Source: an archaeon 13_1_40CM_2_52_13
Lineage (GTDB): Archaea > Thermoproteota > Bathyarchaeia > 40CM-2-53-6
DNA: 58,924 nucleotides
Assembly: GCA_001919285.1 (NCBI GenBank)
Contig: MNHO01000022.1
Coordinates: 14,444 to 73,367 of the forward strand
Direction: 5' to 3'
Shown here one piece after another: positions 18,882-26,446 of the stretch. Position 1 is the first letter of the stretch. Each line of letters opens with the position of its first letter. The notes beneath the pieces are model-generated. The model was not told the origin of the DNA. It saw only the letters and a program-made list of their open reading frames with translations, and did not search any database. Position numbers and translations under genes: made by a program.

Positions 18882-19091
18882 TTAGGCGGCTTGACCCCAG
18901 AACCCCACAATTGCAACGGACAGATCGTGACACTCTCTTGACAGCTTTTCCGCCTTCTTGCTTCCCGAATGACTGGCTAATTCCCGTGCTAGGATATCGG
19001 ACACAACTCTCAGCTTTCCTACAAGTTCGCGGAACTCTTCAAAGGTCCAACCCGGAGATGAGGAGGCTGGCTTGACTACGGGCTTTGCCAT
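18882..19091 (-). CDS. small hypothetical protein
   Basis: This is a 69 aa ORF with an ATG start in an otherwise empty gap. No family is recognised. Confidence 0.25.
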   Translation of the reverse strand: MAKPVVKPASSSPGWTFEEFRELVGKLRVVSDILARELASHSGSKKAEKLSRECHDLSVAIVGFWGQAA

Positions 19092-19230
19092 AGCTTCGTC
19101 ATAGAGAAAATTCGCAATTAATGGATGCTGTTACTGGGGAATAACTGTGACCTAGAACCGGAGACTGACAATTCGCGACGCTTGATCAGCCAAACTAAAG
19201 GAATGGCGAACAAGCGACATGGAATCGAAC

Positions 19231-19902
19231 TTAGGAAGCGCCATGCTCCCTCAACAATTGGAGGATCTCACGATTGTTCGTCTCCTGGGCAAAGGCCAGC
19301 GGAGTCTTGCCCTTACTGTTCTTTGCTGTCGGATCGGCTCCATTTTGGAGAAGGAAACGGACGAGTTCAACGTTTCCTGCATAGGCTGCGTGCATCAATG
19401 GGGTGAATCCGCCCTCGTAGCCATGATTAACTTGCGCTCCTTTCCTGACTAGGAACTTCGCGATCTCATTGTGGTTCTGTGAGACCGCTCCCGTCAGTGC
19501 TGTGTAGCCCGTCTCGTTCCTGGCAAGAGCGTTCAGATCCACTCCTTTCTCAATGAGATATTCAACCGGTTCTTTTTGGCCCAAGTACGCTGCTAGGGCT
19601 AGGGCTGTGAAACCGTCCGGAGAGTAGGAGCTGACCGAAGCGGGATCACGGTTCACTATGTTCTTGAGTCGTTCGACGTCACCTAGCGCGGATGCTTCGA
19701 AGACGTCGAGTTCTGGTTTCTTAGAAGCTATTGCAAGCGCACCGGCCTTGTTTCCTCGGTACAATGCGAGGAATATGGCCGACACGCCGTTCTTCTCTCT
19801 AGCGTTCGAGAGTGTAGGATTCTGATGGAGGAGCTGATTAATTCTCGCGGTATCACCTTTCTTGACCGCGTCCAGGAATTCGTCTGTCTGAATAGTTAGC
19901 AT
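19231..19902 (-). CDS. ankyrin repeat protein
   Basis: This is a 223 aa ORF with about 5 tandem ANK repeats (G.TALH/LA...G...v..LL..GAd.n pattern). Confidence 0.85.
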   Translation of the reverse strand: MLTIQTDEFLDAVKKGDTARINQLLHQNPTLSNAREKNGVSAIFLALYRGNKAGALAIASKKPELDVFEASALGDVERLKNIVNRDPASVSSYSPDGFTALALAAYLGQKEPVEYLIEKGVDLNALARNETGYTALTGAVSQNHNEIAKFLVRKGAQVNHGYEGGFTPLMHAAYAGNVELVRFLLQNGADPTAKNSKGKTPLAFAQETNNREILQLLREHGAS

Positions 19903-19952
19903 AACTAACGGTTAGTAATGCTAATATATATACGTTTAGGAAAACTGGAGAC

Positions 19953-20393
19953 ATGAGCAAGTCGCCAAGCAGAGAAGATGTGGCAAGGAGGGTTCACAGT
20001 GTAGCACTGCACTTGATGCGTTACGTAAGATCCCAAGATACCGCACTCGGGGTGCCACCAGCTCAACTCTCAGCCCTCTCCGTCATAGTCTTTGGTGGGA
20101 AAACCTCACTTTCAGACCTGGCCAAGGCCGAGCAGGTCCGTCCACCAACCATGAGTCGAATCATCGATGGTCTCGTTCGAAGTGGTTTAGTTACGAGAGA
20201 GACGGATAAGAGAGACAGACGCTTAGTTATCCTTACGGCAACGGACAAGGGAACTCGGATCATGCATGAAGGAAGAAGTCGCAGGGAGAAACGTTTGGTT
20301 GACCTTCTTCAACCGCTCGTAAGGGAAGAGATTGACCTGCTGGATAGGGCATCGGACATCTTAGCTAAGGAACTAAGGACATGGACCCACTAA
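19953..20393 (+). CDS. MarR family transcriptional regulator
   Basis: This is a 146 aa ORF. LSALSVIVFGGKTSLSDLAKAEQVRPPTMSRIIDGLVRSGLVTRETDKRDRR is a canonical MarR wHTH. Confidence 0.85.
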   Translation: MSKSPSREDVARRVHSVALHLMRYVRSQDTALGVPPAQLSALSVIVFGGKTSLSDLAKAEQVRPPTMSRIIDGLVRSGLVTRETDKRDRRLVILTATDKGTRIMHEGRSRREKRLVDLLQPLVREEIDLLDRASDILAKELRTWTH

Positions 20394-20408
20394 ACACCGT
20401 TAGGTCGG

Positions 20409-20912
20409 TTACTCGTCAATGTCTTGCTTGTGCTTTACCAAGGCAACATCGCCCAGCGTGACTATAGGAGGCTGCGAAGCCTTGCGAGGTGGAGAGGGGA
20501 GATCAAGCTCTTCTCTTGGAACAAGCAGTCTGACTCTGAGAATATGCTCCAGTTCTTTTGAGAGTCTCATCGTTGGCAGCATCTTTCCAATCTCGATCTT
20601 CTGAATAACCGTCAGCTTTTCCTTCGCCTTGAATGCTAGGTCCTGTTGTGAGATGCCGAGTTTCTCTCGACCCTCCTTGATGACACGGGAATATTCTTCG
20701 ATGAGATCCGATTCTTCAACTGCTTTCGGCAGCCTCTCTATCGGTGCGTGCGTATGCGACGGTGCTATCACTGGGCGACGGGGTCTATCGGGGAAACCGG
20801 GCAGCTTGGTGCCTATGCTCGAACATTGTTGGCATACAATGAGAGTGGCTCCTTCAACCAGTGATCTTCCAGGTTTGCCGACGATCTCACGTCCACAAAT
20901 CTCACAGAACAA
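20409..20912 (-). CDS. archaeal multiprotein bridging factor 1 (zinc ribbon + XRE-type HTH)
   Basis: It has an N-terminal CEICG...CQQC ribbon and a C-terminal HTH (REKLGISQQDLAFKAKEKLTVIQKIE). Confidence 0.8.
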   Translation of the reverse strand: MFCEICGREIVGKPGRSLVEGATLIVCQQCSSIGTKLPGFPDRPRRPVIAPSHTHAPIERLPKAVEESDLIEEYSRVIKEGREKLGISQQDLAFKAKEKLTVIQKIEIGKMLPTMRLSKELEHILRVRLLVPREELDLPSPPRKASQPPIVTLGDVALVKHKQDIDE

Positions 20913-20985
20913 GGGTTCAGGATACCTCTAGGCGAGAACGTTAGAAATAGCTGCTCAGGATGCTTATGTAGGTATCGGATTTAGA

Positions 20986-21471
20986 ATGCCCCTCCAGCTT
21001 GTAAAGCCCCGGCTTCACGAGCTGAGAAGAATCAGGGTCGTCGCCAACTACCAGTTTGGCAAGCGCGCAAGCAAAGCCTTTCCCAAAACCATCCTGATCA
21101 CAAGGTCGCCCAACACTCACAGAATCCGACACATTTACAACAACGACGAACTACTAGCAACCTATCGTCCAAAAGATGGACTGCTCGCATTATCGATCCC
21201 TGGAGGACAGGCCCTACGTGGAATCTTCAAACCACCCAGGCTACGGGTCGAGGTCGTCCCCGGGGTTGAGGAGTTCATTAAGCATGGAGGCAACGTGTTC
21301 TGCAAACACGTTCAACATGTGGATCCTGAACTCCGCCCCGCAGAGGAAGTTCTCGTTGTAGACGAAAAGGATCGCTTGTTGGCGGTCGGCCGAAGCTTCT
21401 TCAACGCAGAAGAAATGTTGAGCTTCAAGATTGGCGTGGCTGTAAAGGTTCGGCACGGGATAGAAGGCTGA
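20986..21471 (+). CDS. PUA domain-containing protein
   Basis: This is a 161 aa ORF. Its C-terminal segment (EEVLVVDEKDRLLAVGRSFFNAEEMLSFKIGVAVKVRHG) is PUA-like. Confidence 0.6.
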   Translation: MPLQLVKPRLHELRRIRVVANYQFGKRASKAFPKTILITRSPNTHRIRHIYNNDELLATYRPKDGLLALSIPGGQALRGIFKPPRLRVEVVPGVEEFIKHGGNVFCKHVQHVDPELRPAEEVLVVDEKDRLLAVGRSFFNAEEMLSFKIGVAVKVRHGIEG

Positions 21472-21517
21472 TAGGCTTAACAATCAGGATCAGCCGAGAA
21501 CTGTAGAGCGTTTCACC

Positions 21518-21868
21518 ATGCAGCGCAGAATCAATCCAAGAGAGGCGAACCGAATGATGCAGCGCATGGGCATGCAAGTCAAACAGGTAGATGATGTGAC
21601 CCGAGTCATCATCGAATCCGCTTCGAAGAGAATAGTAATCGATGACCCTGAAGTTGCGATCGTTACCGTCCAGGGACAGACCGTCTACCAAGTCGGCGGC
21701 GGAACGGCCAGGGAAGAAGGTCCGGCCGGAGCATCTTCACAGGAAGATGCGAAGCTCGTCGCTTCACAGGCAGGAGCGACAACAGAAGAAGCGGCCAAAG
21801 CTCTCCAGCAATCTGGAGGCGACCTCGCCCAAGCCATCATCATTCTCAAACAGAAGAAAGCCTCCTGA
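21518..21868 (+). CDS. nascent polypeptide-associated complex protein (NAC + UBA)
   Basis: It has RMMQRMGMQVKQVDDV..V.I (NAC domain) and a C-terminal UBA-like segment (EDAKLVASQAGATTEEAAKALQQSGGDLAQAIIIL). Confidence 0.85.
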   Translation: MQRRINPREANRMMQRMGMQVKQVDDVTRVIIESASKRIVIDDPEVAIVTVQGQTVYQVGGGTAREEGPAGASSQEDAKLVASQAGATTEEAAKALQQSGGDLAQAIIILKQKKAS

Positions 21869-21881
21869 GCCGTTTAGGCCG

Positions 21882-22370
21882 TTGATCCGAGCGACCCTCT
21901 GCCTCATACTAAAGGACAACAAGATTCTGCTCCTCAAGAAATCGAAAGGCCTACTCGGGCAGGGAAAATGGAACGCTCCTGGCGGCAAGATACTGCCCAA
22001 TGAAGAGCCAAAGGCTTGTGCGGTTAGAGAGGTCTTCGAAGAAACCCGACTCATCGCAAAGAACCCAGAAGAAGTCGGCCTCCTATACTTCTACAACAAC
22101 AGCAAACGCATGAGTCTTGTATGGACAGTTCACGTGTTCCTAACTCACGAATTCGAGGGAGTGCCGATCAATGGACGAGAAGGACGGCTCGAATGGTTCA
22201 GTATCGATGCTCTACCCTTTGAGAAGATGTGGGAAGACGATCAATACTGGTACCGGTTAGCACTTGATGGAACTAGATTTGAGGGATGGTTCTATTACTC
22301 AGGCGAATTTGAGAAACTGATCGACCACAGGATAGAAGTCAAGTCACCACCAAATCGAATAGACGCTTGA
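21882..22370 (+). CDS. NUDIX hydrolase (MutT-like)
   Basis: It has the Nudix box GKWNAPGGKILPNEEPKACAVREVFEETRL. The track ORF starts at 21642, inside NAC in another frame. The in-frame TTG at 21882, just after the NAC stop, is the plausible start. Confidence 0.75.
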   Translation: MIRATLCLILKDNKILLLKKSKGLLGQGKWNAPGGKILPNEEPKACAVREVFEETRLIAKNPEEVGLLYFYNNSKRMSLVWTVHVFLTHEFEGVPINGREGRLEWFSIDALPFEKMWEDDQYWYRLALDGTRFEGWFYYSGEFEKLIDHRIEVKSPPNRIDA

Positions 22371-22438
22371 GACGGCCGTTCTTAGGTCTCTCAGACTTTA
22401 AGACCCAAAGACAGAACCGAAGGCACGGCAAGAGAGTA

Positions 22439-23968
22439 TTGAAGCTCATAGAGTGCGTTCCAAACTTCAGTGAAGGACGACGACAAGAAGTAATCAACTC
22501 AGTCGCAGAGACGATCCGATCAACGCCTGGTGTCACCCTTCTGGATGTAGAATCGAACCCAGACCACAATCGCTCCGTGATTAGCTTCGTCGGTGAACCG
22601 GGTCCCGTAAAGCAAGCGGCGCTCGCCGCATCAGCGAAAGCCATCGAACTCTTGGACCTCAACAAGCACGAGGGCGAACATCCTCGAATGGGGGCCGTCG
22701 ACGTCGTCCCGTTCGTACCATTGTCCGGAGCTACAATAGACGATTGTATAGCCCTGGCGAAAGATTTCGGGAGAGAATTTGCAGAGCGATTTCACGTCCC
22801 AGTCTTCTTCTATGAGGAGGCAGCTTCGACACCTGAAAGACGAAACCTTGCAGATGTAAGAGCAGGCGAATTTGAGGGACTCCGCGACAAAATAGGCAGA
22901 GACCCTGCGAAGAAGCCTGATTTCGGCCCAGACAAGATTCACCCGACAGCAGGAGCCACTGCTGTCGGTGCGCGGGAAATACTGATCGCCTACAACGTTA
23001 ACCTTGGGACAAACGACCTCTCGATCGCGAAGAAGATCGCGCACCAACTTCGGGCCAAGGATGGCGGTCTGTCCTACGTCAAAGCTCTCGGCTTTGAACT
23101 GAAAGAACGCGGAATTGTACAAGTCTCAATGAACATGACCGATTATCACAAGAGCCAGCTTTTCAAAGCCCAAGAACTCGTCGAGCTGTTCGCCGAAAGA
23201 TACGGTGTCCCAGTTGTTGGCAGCGAAATCGTAGGACTCGTCCCTATGGACGCCCTAGTTGATGCAGCCGAATTCTATCTGAAACTTGAGAATTTCAGCC
23301 GCGAACAGATTCTGGAGAAGCGACTATTCACACCCAGCCCTTCGAGCCTTACAGACATGAGCCTTTTGCGTTTCTCGGAAGAAGTCGGTTCAAAGAAAGC
23401 GACTCCGGGAGGAGGCAGTGTCTCAGCCTACATGGGCGCACTTGCCTCGGGACTCGTCTGCATGGTTGCAAGAATAACACTATCCAAGAAAGAGGTCGCG
23501 CAAGAGAGCGATCAACTACAAGAACTCATCAGGAAGGGAGAAGAGCTTCGTCAGCGATTCTTGGGACTGGTTGTCGAGGACGCTGAATCCTTCGATGCTG
23601 TCATGCAAGCGTTCAAGCTGCCCAAAGACAAGCCGGATGCTCGGAGAAAAACGATTCAAGAAGCCACAATGAAAGCAGCCGAAATACCTCTCCGAACACT
23701 GGAATCTTCTATCGAAGTTCTACACCTTGCGGGGGAGGTCGCGAAATACGGCGCTACCAATGCGCTGTCTGATATTACCACATCCATATCCGCAGGGCGA
23801 GCTGCTCTGGAAGGAGCTGCTAGCAATGTCCTGATCAATCTAGACATGCTGGATGACAAGCACTACGTAGACCAGACCCGTTCTCGCGTTTCCGAGCTAA
23901 GAAAAGAGGCTCTGCAACTAGAACAGAGAATTCAGGAAATTGTCGGATCTCGTTCTCGTAAGAAGTAG
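22439..23968 (+). CDS. bifunctional glutamate formimidoyltransferase / formimidoyltetrahydrofolate cyclodeaminase
   Basis: From the TTG at 22439 the translation reads (M)KLIECVPNFSEGRR, the typical transferase N-terminus. The C-terminal roughly 200 aa (GGGSVSAYMGALASGL...) is cyclodeaminase-like. Confidence 0.8.
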   Translation: MKLIECVPNFSEGRRQEVINSVAETIRSTPGVTLLDVESNPDHNRSVISFVGEPGPVKQAALAASAKAIELLDLNKHEGEHPRMGAVDVVPFVPLSGATIDDCIALAKDFGREFAERFHVPVFFYEEAASTPERRNLADVRAGEFEGLRDKIGRDPAKKPDFGPDKIHPTAGATAVGAREILIAYNVNLGTNDLSIAKKIAHQLRAKDGGLSYVKALGFELKERGIVQVSMNMTDYHKSQLFKAQELVELFAERYGVPVVGSEIVGLVPMDALVDAAEFYLKLENFSREQILEKRLFTPSPSSLTDMSLLRFSEEVGSKKATPGGGSVSAYMGALASGLVCMVARITLSKKEVAQESDQLQELIRKGEELRQRFLGLVVEDAESFDAVMQAFKLPKDKPDARRKTIQEATMKAAEIPLRTLESSIEVLHLAGEVAKYGATNALSDITTSISAGRAALEGAASNVLINLDMLDDKHYVDQTRSRVSELRKEALQLEQRIQEIVGSRSRKK

Positions 23969-23969
23969 C

Positions 23970-24323
23970 CTAGGCGTCCAGCTGAATCAGTCCCGTCTTC
24001 TTATCAGCCCACACCATCAACGGAGCCACAAGCATGGTCAACTCTCTCCCCTCCCGGGTCAGAAAATATTCCACTCGAGGAGGAATTTCCTGATAGGCTA
24101 CGCGCTTCACAAGCCCATTTCGTCTAAGATCTTTCAACACATCACTGAGAGTCTTTGCGCTTATGCCTGGAAGCTTCTGAGCCAAGTGGTTGAAGCGAAG
24201 CGTTCCCTCATTTCCAAGCTGAGCTAGCGCACATAAGACCCATTTCTTCCCGATGACATCAACGAGCCCCTCGCACGGACAGGGACAGATGCAACATGGT
24301 TCTCCTTCCTTTTGTCTAACCAT
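23970..24323 (-). CDS. HxlR family transcriptional regulator with a cysteine-rich N-terminus
   Basis: It reads VIGKKWVLCALAQLGNEGTLRFNHLAQKLPGISAKTLSDVLKDLRRNGLVKRVAYQEIPPRVEYFLTREG, which is an HxlR wHTH. The N-terminus is MVRQKEGEPCCICPCPCEG. Confidence 0.85.
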   Translation of the reverse strand: MVRQKEGEPCCICPCPCEGLVDVIGKKWVLCALAQLGNEGTLRFNHLAQKLPGISAKTLSDVLKDLRRNGLVKRVAYQEIPPRVEYFLTREGRELTMLVAPLMVWADKKTGLIQLDA

Positions 24324-24326
24324 TCC

Positions 24327-24407
24327 GTAACCCAGTTACCATATGGGAAGTTGCCGGGTTAAATACTTCACTTTGGTAACTCACGTTACTTACGGAGGTG
24401 AAGTTAC
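24327..24407. promoter_or_regulatory. operator-like GTAAC/GTTAC inverted repeats in the hxlR-micropeptide intergenic region
   Basis: GTAAC-N3-GTTAC lies at 24327-24339, 4 nt from the hxlR ATG. GTAAC-N4-GTTAC lies at 24376-24389. An extra GTTAC is at 24403-24407. That makes five copies of the pentamer pair in 81 nt. Confidence 0.4.
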
Positions 24408-24481
24408 TGGAGAATTGTTGCTCCTGCTGCGGTGGATGCTGCGGCGGCTGCTGTGGACCGACCAGCGCTAAAACGCCCTAA
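24398..24481 (+). CDS. poly-cysteine micropeptide (candidate; about 24-27 aa)
   Basis: I translated this frame by hand as (GTG)KL(CTG)ENCCSCCGGCCGGCCGPTSAKTP followed by TAA. GGAGGTGA lies at 24394-24401. Possible starts are GTG at 24398 or CTG at 24407. A hairpin and T7 run follow downstream. A paralogous copy is at 25572. Confidence 0.4.
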   Translation: MKLLENCCSCCGGCCGGCCGPTSAKTP

Positions 24482-24486
24482 GCGCA

Positions 24487-24537
24487 AAACCTTGCCTTTT
24501 TGGAGGCAGGTTGTCTCAATGTGATACCCATTTTTTT
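24487..24537 (+). terminator. hairpin plus T7 run downstream of micropeptide 1
   Basis: AACCTTGCCT/AGGCAGGTT forms a bulged stem at 24487-24512. TTTTTTT follows at 24531-24537. Confidence 0.4.
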
Positions 24538-24579
24538 GCCTGCTCCGCTCCGGCTTCTCCTAGCTTATGATCAGGTTTC

Positions 24580-25107
24580 TTGCCTCTCTGGTTAATAGCA
24601 GAATGGAAGAACAATATTCGATTAGTTAGACAAACTGGGATGCATTTGATATCTGTAACTCGACTTCTTCGAAAATTGAAACTTCGGCCAAGAACAGAAT
24701 CAGGAGACGGAGGGCTCTTTGCGTACCATGAAGCCAAGTCGGACTTGCTACTCATCTTTCGATGGGATGGAGCTGGCCTAACGAACTCCGGTAGAATTGT
24801 ACTCTTTGAACAAGAAGTACCGGGATTTCAACCGCTTCACATTCAAGGTCATCTGACCCGACTATTATTCATGATCCGTTCTGGCGACGCAGTAGCAAAG
24901 CTCGTTTGGATAGTTTCTAGTCCTCGGTACCATGACCTCGACAAGATCGTGTTCCCTTGGGTTCGAATGTGGGAGGCCGCTTTCGCTGGTAGATTTCCTC
25001 CCATCGAGTACCGAAATGAGAACGGAGAATATCTTGGGTCCCTTGGAGCAAGTCGTAACGGTAAGCATCGGGCGAAACCGGCAACAGCGAAATATGTCCA
25101 CTTTTGA
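24580..25107 (+). CDS. hypothetical protein (weak)
   Basis: This is the longest ORF in the interval at 175 aa. No family is recognised, the start is uncertain, and competing antisense ORFs exist. Confidence 0.25.
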   Translation: MPLWLIAEWKNNIRLVRQTGMHLISVTRLLRKLKLRPRTESGDGGLFAYHEAKSDLLLIFRWDGAGLTNSGRIVLFEQEVPGFQPLHIQGHLTRLLFMIRSGDAVAKLVWIVSSPRYHDLDKIVFPWVRMWEAAFAGRFPPIEYRNENGEYLGSLGASRNGKHRAKPATAKYVHF

Positions 25108-25320
25108 ATAGACCCGTGTTTCATTGCGAAGCAAGAGACTAGGGTATAATCACAGAGGACATAGCGATCCCAATGTTGGACCGACGAGTCGCCAACCTGT
25201 CAGTGCGAATGCGACTGAAAATCTAGAGGATCGCAATTCGTTTTTCCAACCATTTTTTCAGATTAGACCGTGACCCAAAACCGTCGAAGCTTTCTTCGCT
25301 ACCTGTCGCATTCAGTCAGT

Positions 25321-25545
25321 GCTCCGATCATCGCAACGAAGGTAAGGCTGAGCACTGGGGAGGGACCGAACAAGGAAGGACTCTCACGATACCGTATAAT
25401 GGACCATGCCAGGAGAAGGGAGTAACTCCATCTCAGATAGCATTAGCATGGCTGTTGCACAAGGGAATGTGCTCACCGATAATCGGGGCTAAAAAAGTAG
25501 AGCATGTTGAAGACGCGGTTCATTCCATGGGTGTTAAGCTGTCAC
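25321..25545 (+). pseudogene. internally deleted aldo/keto reductase remnant (paralog of 26447..27433)
   Basis: APIIATKVRLSTGEGPNKEGLSRYRIM aligns to AKR residues near 78-102. It then jumps directly to ...VTPSQIALAWLLHKGMCSPIIGAKKVEHVEDAVHSMGVKLS, which aligns to residues near 268-310. The N-terminus is missing, about 165 codons are deleted, and there are frame breaks. Confidence 0.65.
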
Positions 25546-25571
25546 TGCTCAGTTACCGAGGTGAAGCGTTA

Positions 25572-25658
25572 ATGAGCTGTTGTGGACCCGGCTGTGGATG
25601 TTGCGGCCCGGGATGTTGCTCGAGCGAGCAGTCAAGCGGGAACACTCGAAGGAGTTGA
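25572..25658 (+). CDS. poly-cysteine micropeptide (candidate; 28 aa)
   Basis: From the ATG at 25572 the translation is MSCCGPGCGCCGPGCCSSEQSSGNTRRS. GAGGTGA lies at 25558-25564, 7 nt upstream. It shares the upstream block GTTAC..CG(G)AGGTGAAG and the CCGP motif with the copy at 24398. Confidence 0.45.
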   Translation: MSCCGPGCGCCGPGCCSSEQSSGNTRRS

Positions 25659-25739
25659 GTGCTTGACGAGCTAGTTAGAATTATTGGCTACCGCTTTTCT
25701 TCAGAACCCTCGGCCAATTAGTTGAGTGCGACTGCCTGT

Positions 25740-26207
25740 CTAAGTGATAGACGTGGCGAATGCGGGAACTGGACCTAAGGTTGCACCAGTTGGTATGGCC
25801 CAATCCAGTTCGATAGCCAGAGTGCTAGCTGGAGTCAATATCATACTGTTTTCTGGACTACTAATCGTACCATAGCCCGACGGGGGACTGCCCGAGACCG
25901 TGATCGTGTCTGGAGCGCTGCCAGTGTTTATGACACACACATAATGCTTCACAGTCGCACCGGCAGCTAGAGGCCCCCAAACAATGCCTACAGGGCCTGG
26001 TCCGTAGCTCGTGGATGCACTTGGACAAGACGTTGGGGCGCTTGGTCCAATATCAGTAACTCCTAAAGTGGCGCCTTGAACTATGGTTGCAGTGTGGTTC
26101 AACGTTATGATATTGCTAGCGGCTAGCGCAAATGCGACGCCACCCACCATCACAAAAAGAAACAGACCGATGAATCGTCTAGCTACTTTCAAGCACCCAG
26201 ATACCAT
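25740..26207 (-). CDS. secreted/cell-surface hypothetical protein
   Basis: This is a 155 aa ORF with an N-terminal hydrophobic signal-anchor (FIGLFLFVMVGGVAFALAA). The remainder is rich in Gly, Pro, Ser and Thr. Confidence 0.45.
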   Translation of the reverse strand: MVSGCLKVARRFIGLFLFVMVGGVAFALAASNIITLNHTATIVQGATLGVTDIGPSAPTSCPSASTSYGPGPVGIVWGPLAAGATVKHYVCVINTGSAPDTITVSGSPPSGYGTISSPENSMILTPASTLAIELDWAIPTGATLGPVPAFATSIT

Positions 26208-26446
26208 TTGATAGAGGCCATGTTCCGCCTAATAAACATAGACCAAAAACGAGACTGTTTGGAATCATTTACGTGAAAATTGCCTCAATTTAGAAGCATA
26301 TGGCGCTTTTGGTCTGAACAGTGATTTTTTCATTCGCTTCAGATGGTAATTACAGAAACATCTTCTCTCAGGCCTCAAGTTTATCCTACGTTCTCCCTGG
26401 ACCTCTTAAACAGGGAAATGGGTCGAATCACTCTCGGTAAGCCCTG

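Noticed and set aside
21642-21881. N-terminal 80 aa extension of the Nudix ORF in the track.
   Set aside because: It overlaps the NAC gene in another frame and has a low-complexity, basic composition. An in-frame TTG right after the NAC stop gives a normal-length Nudix protein.
24394-24481. Alternative readings of the TGC/GGC-rich tract: a Leu/Arg-rich frame (TTG LLLLRWMLRRLLWTDQR) and an Ala-rich frame.
   Set aside because: The second copy at 25572 has an unambiguous SD-ATG in the Cys frame. The CCGP motif is shared only in that frame. The other frames are not conserved between the two copies.
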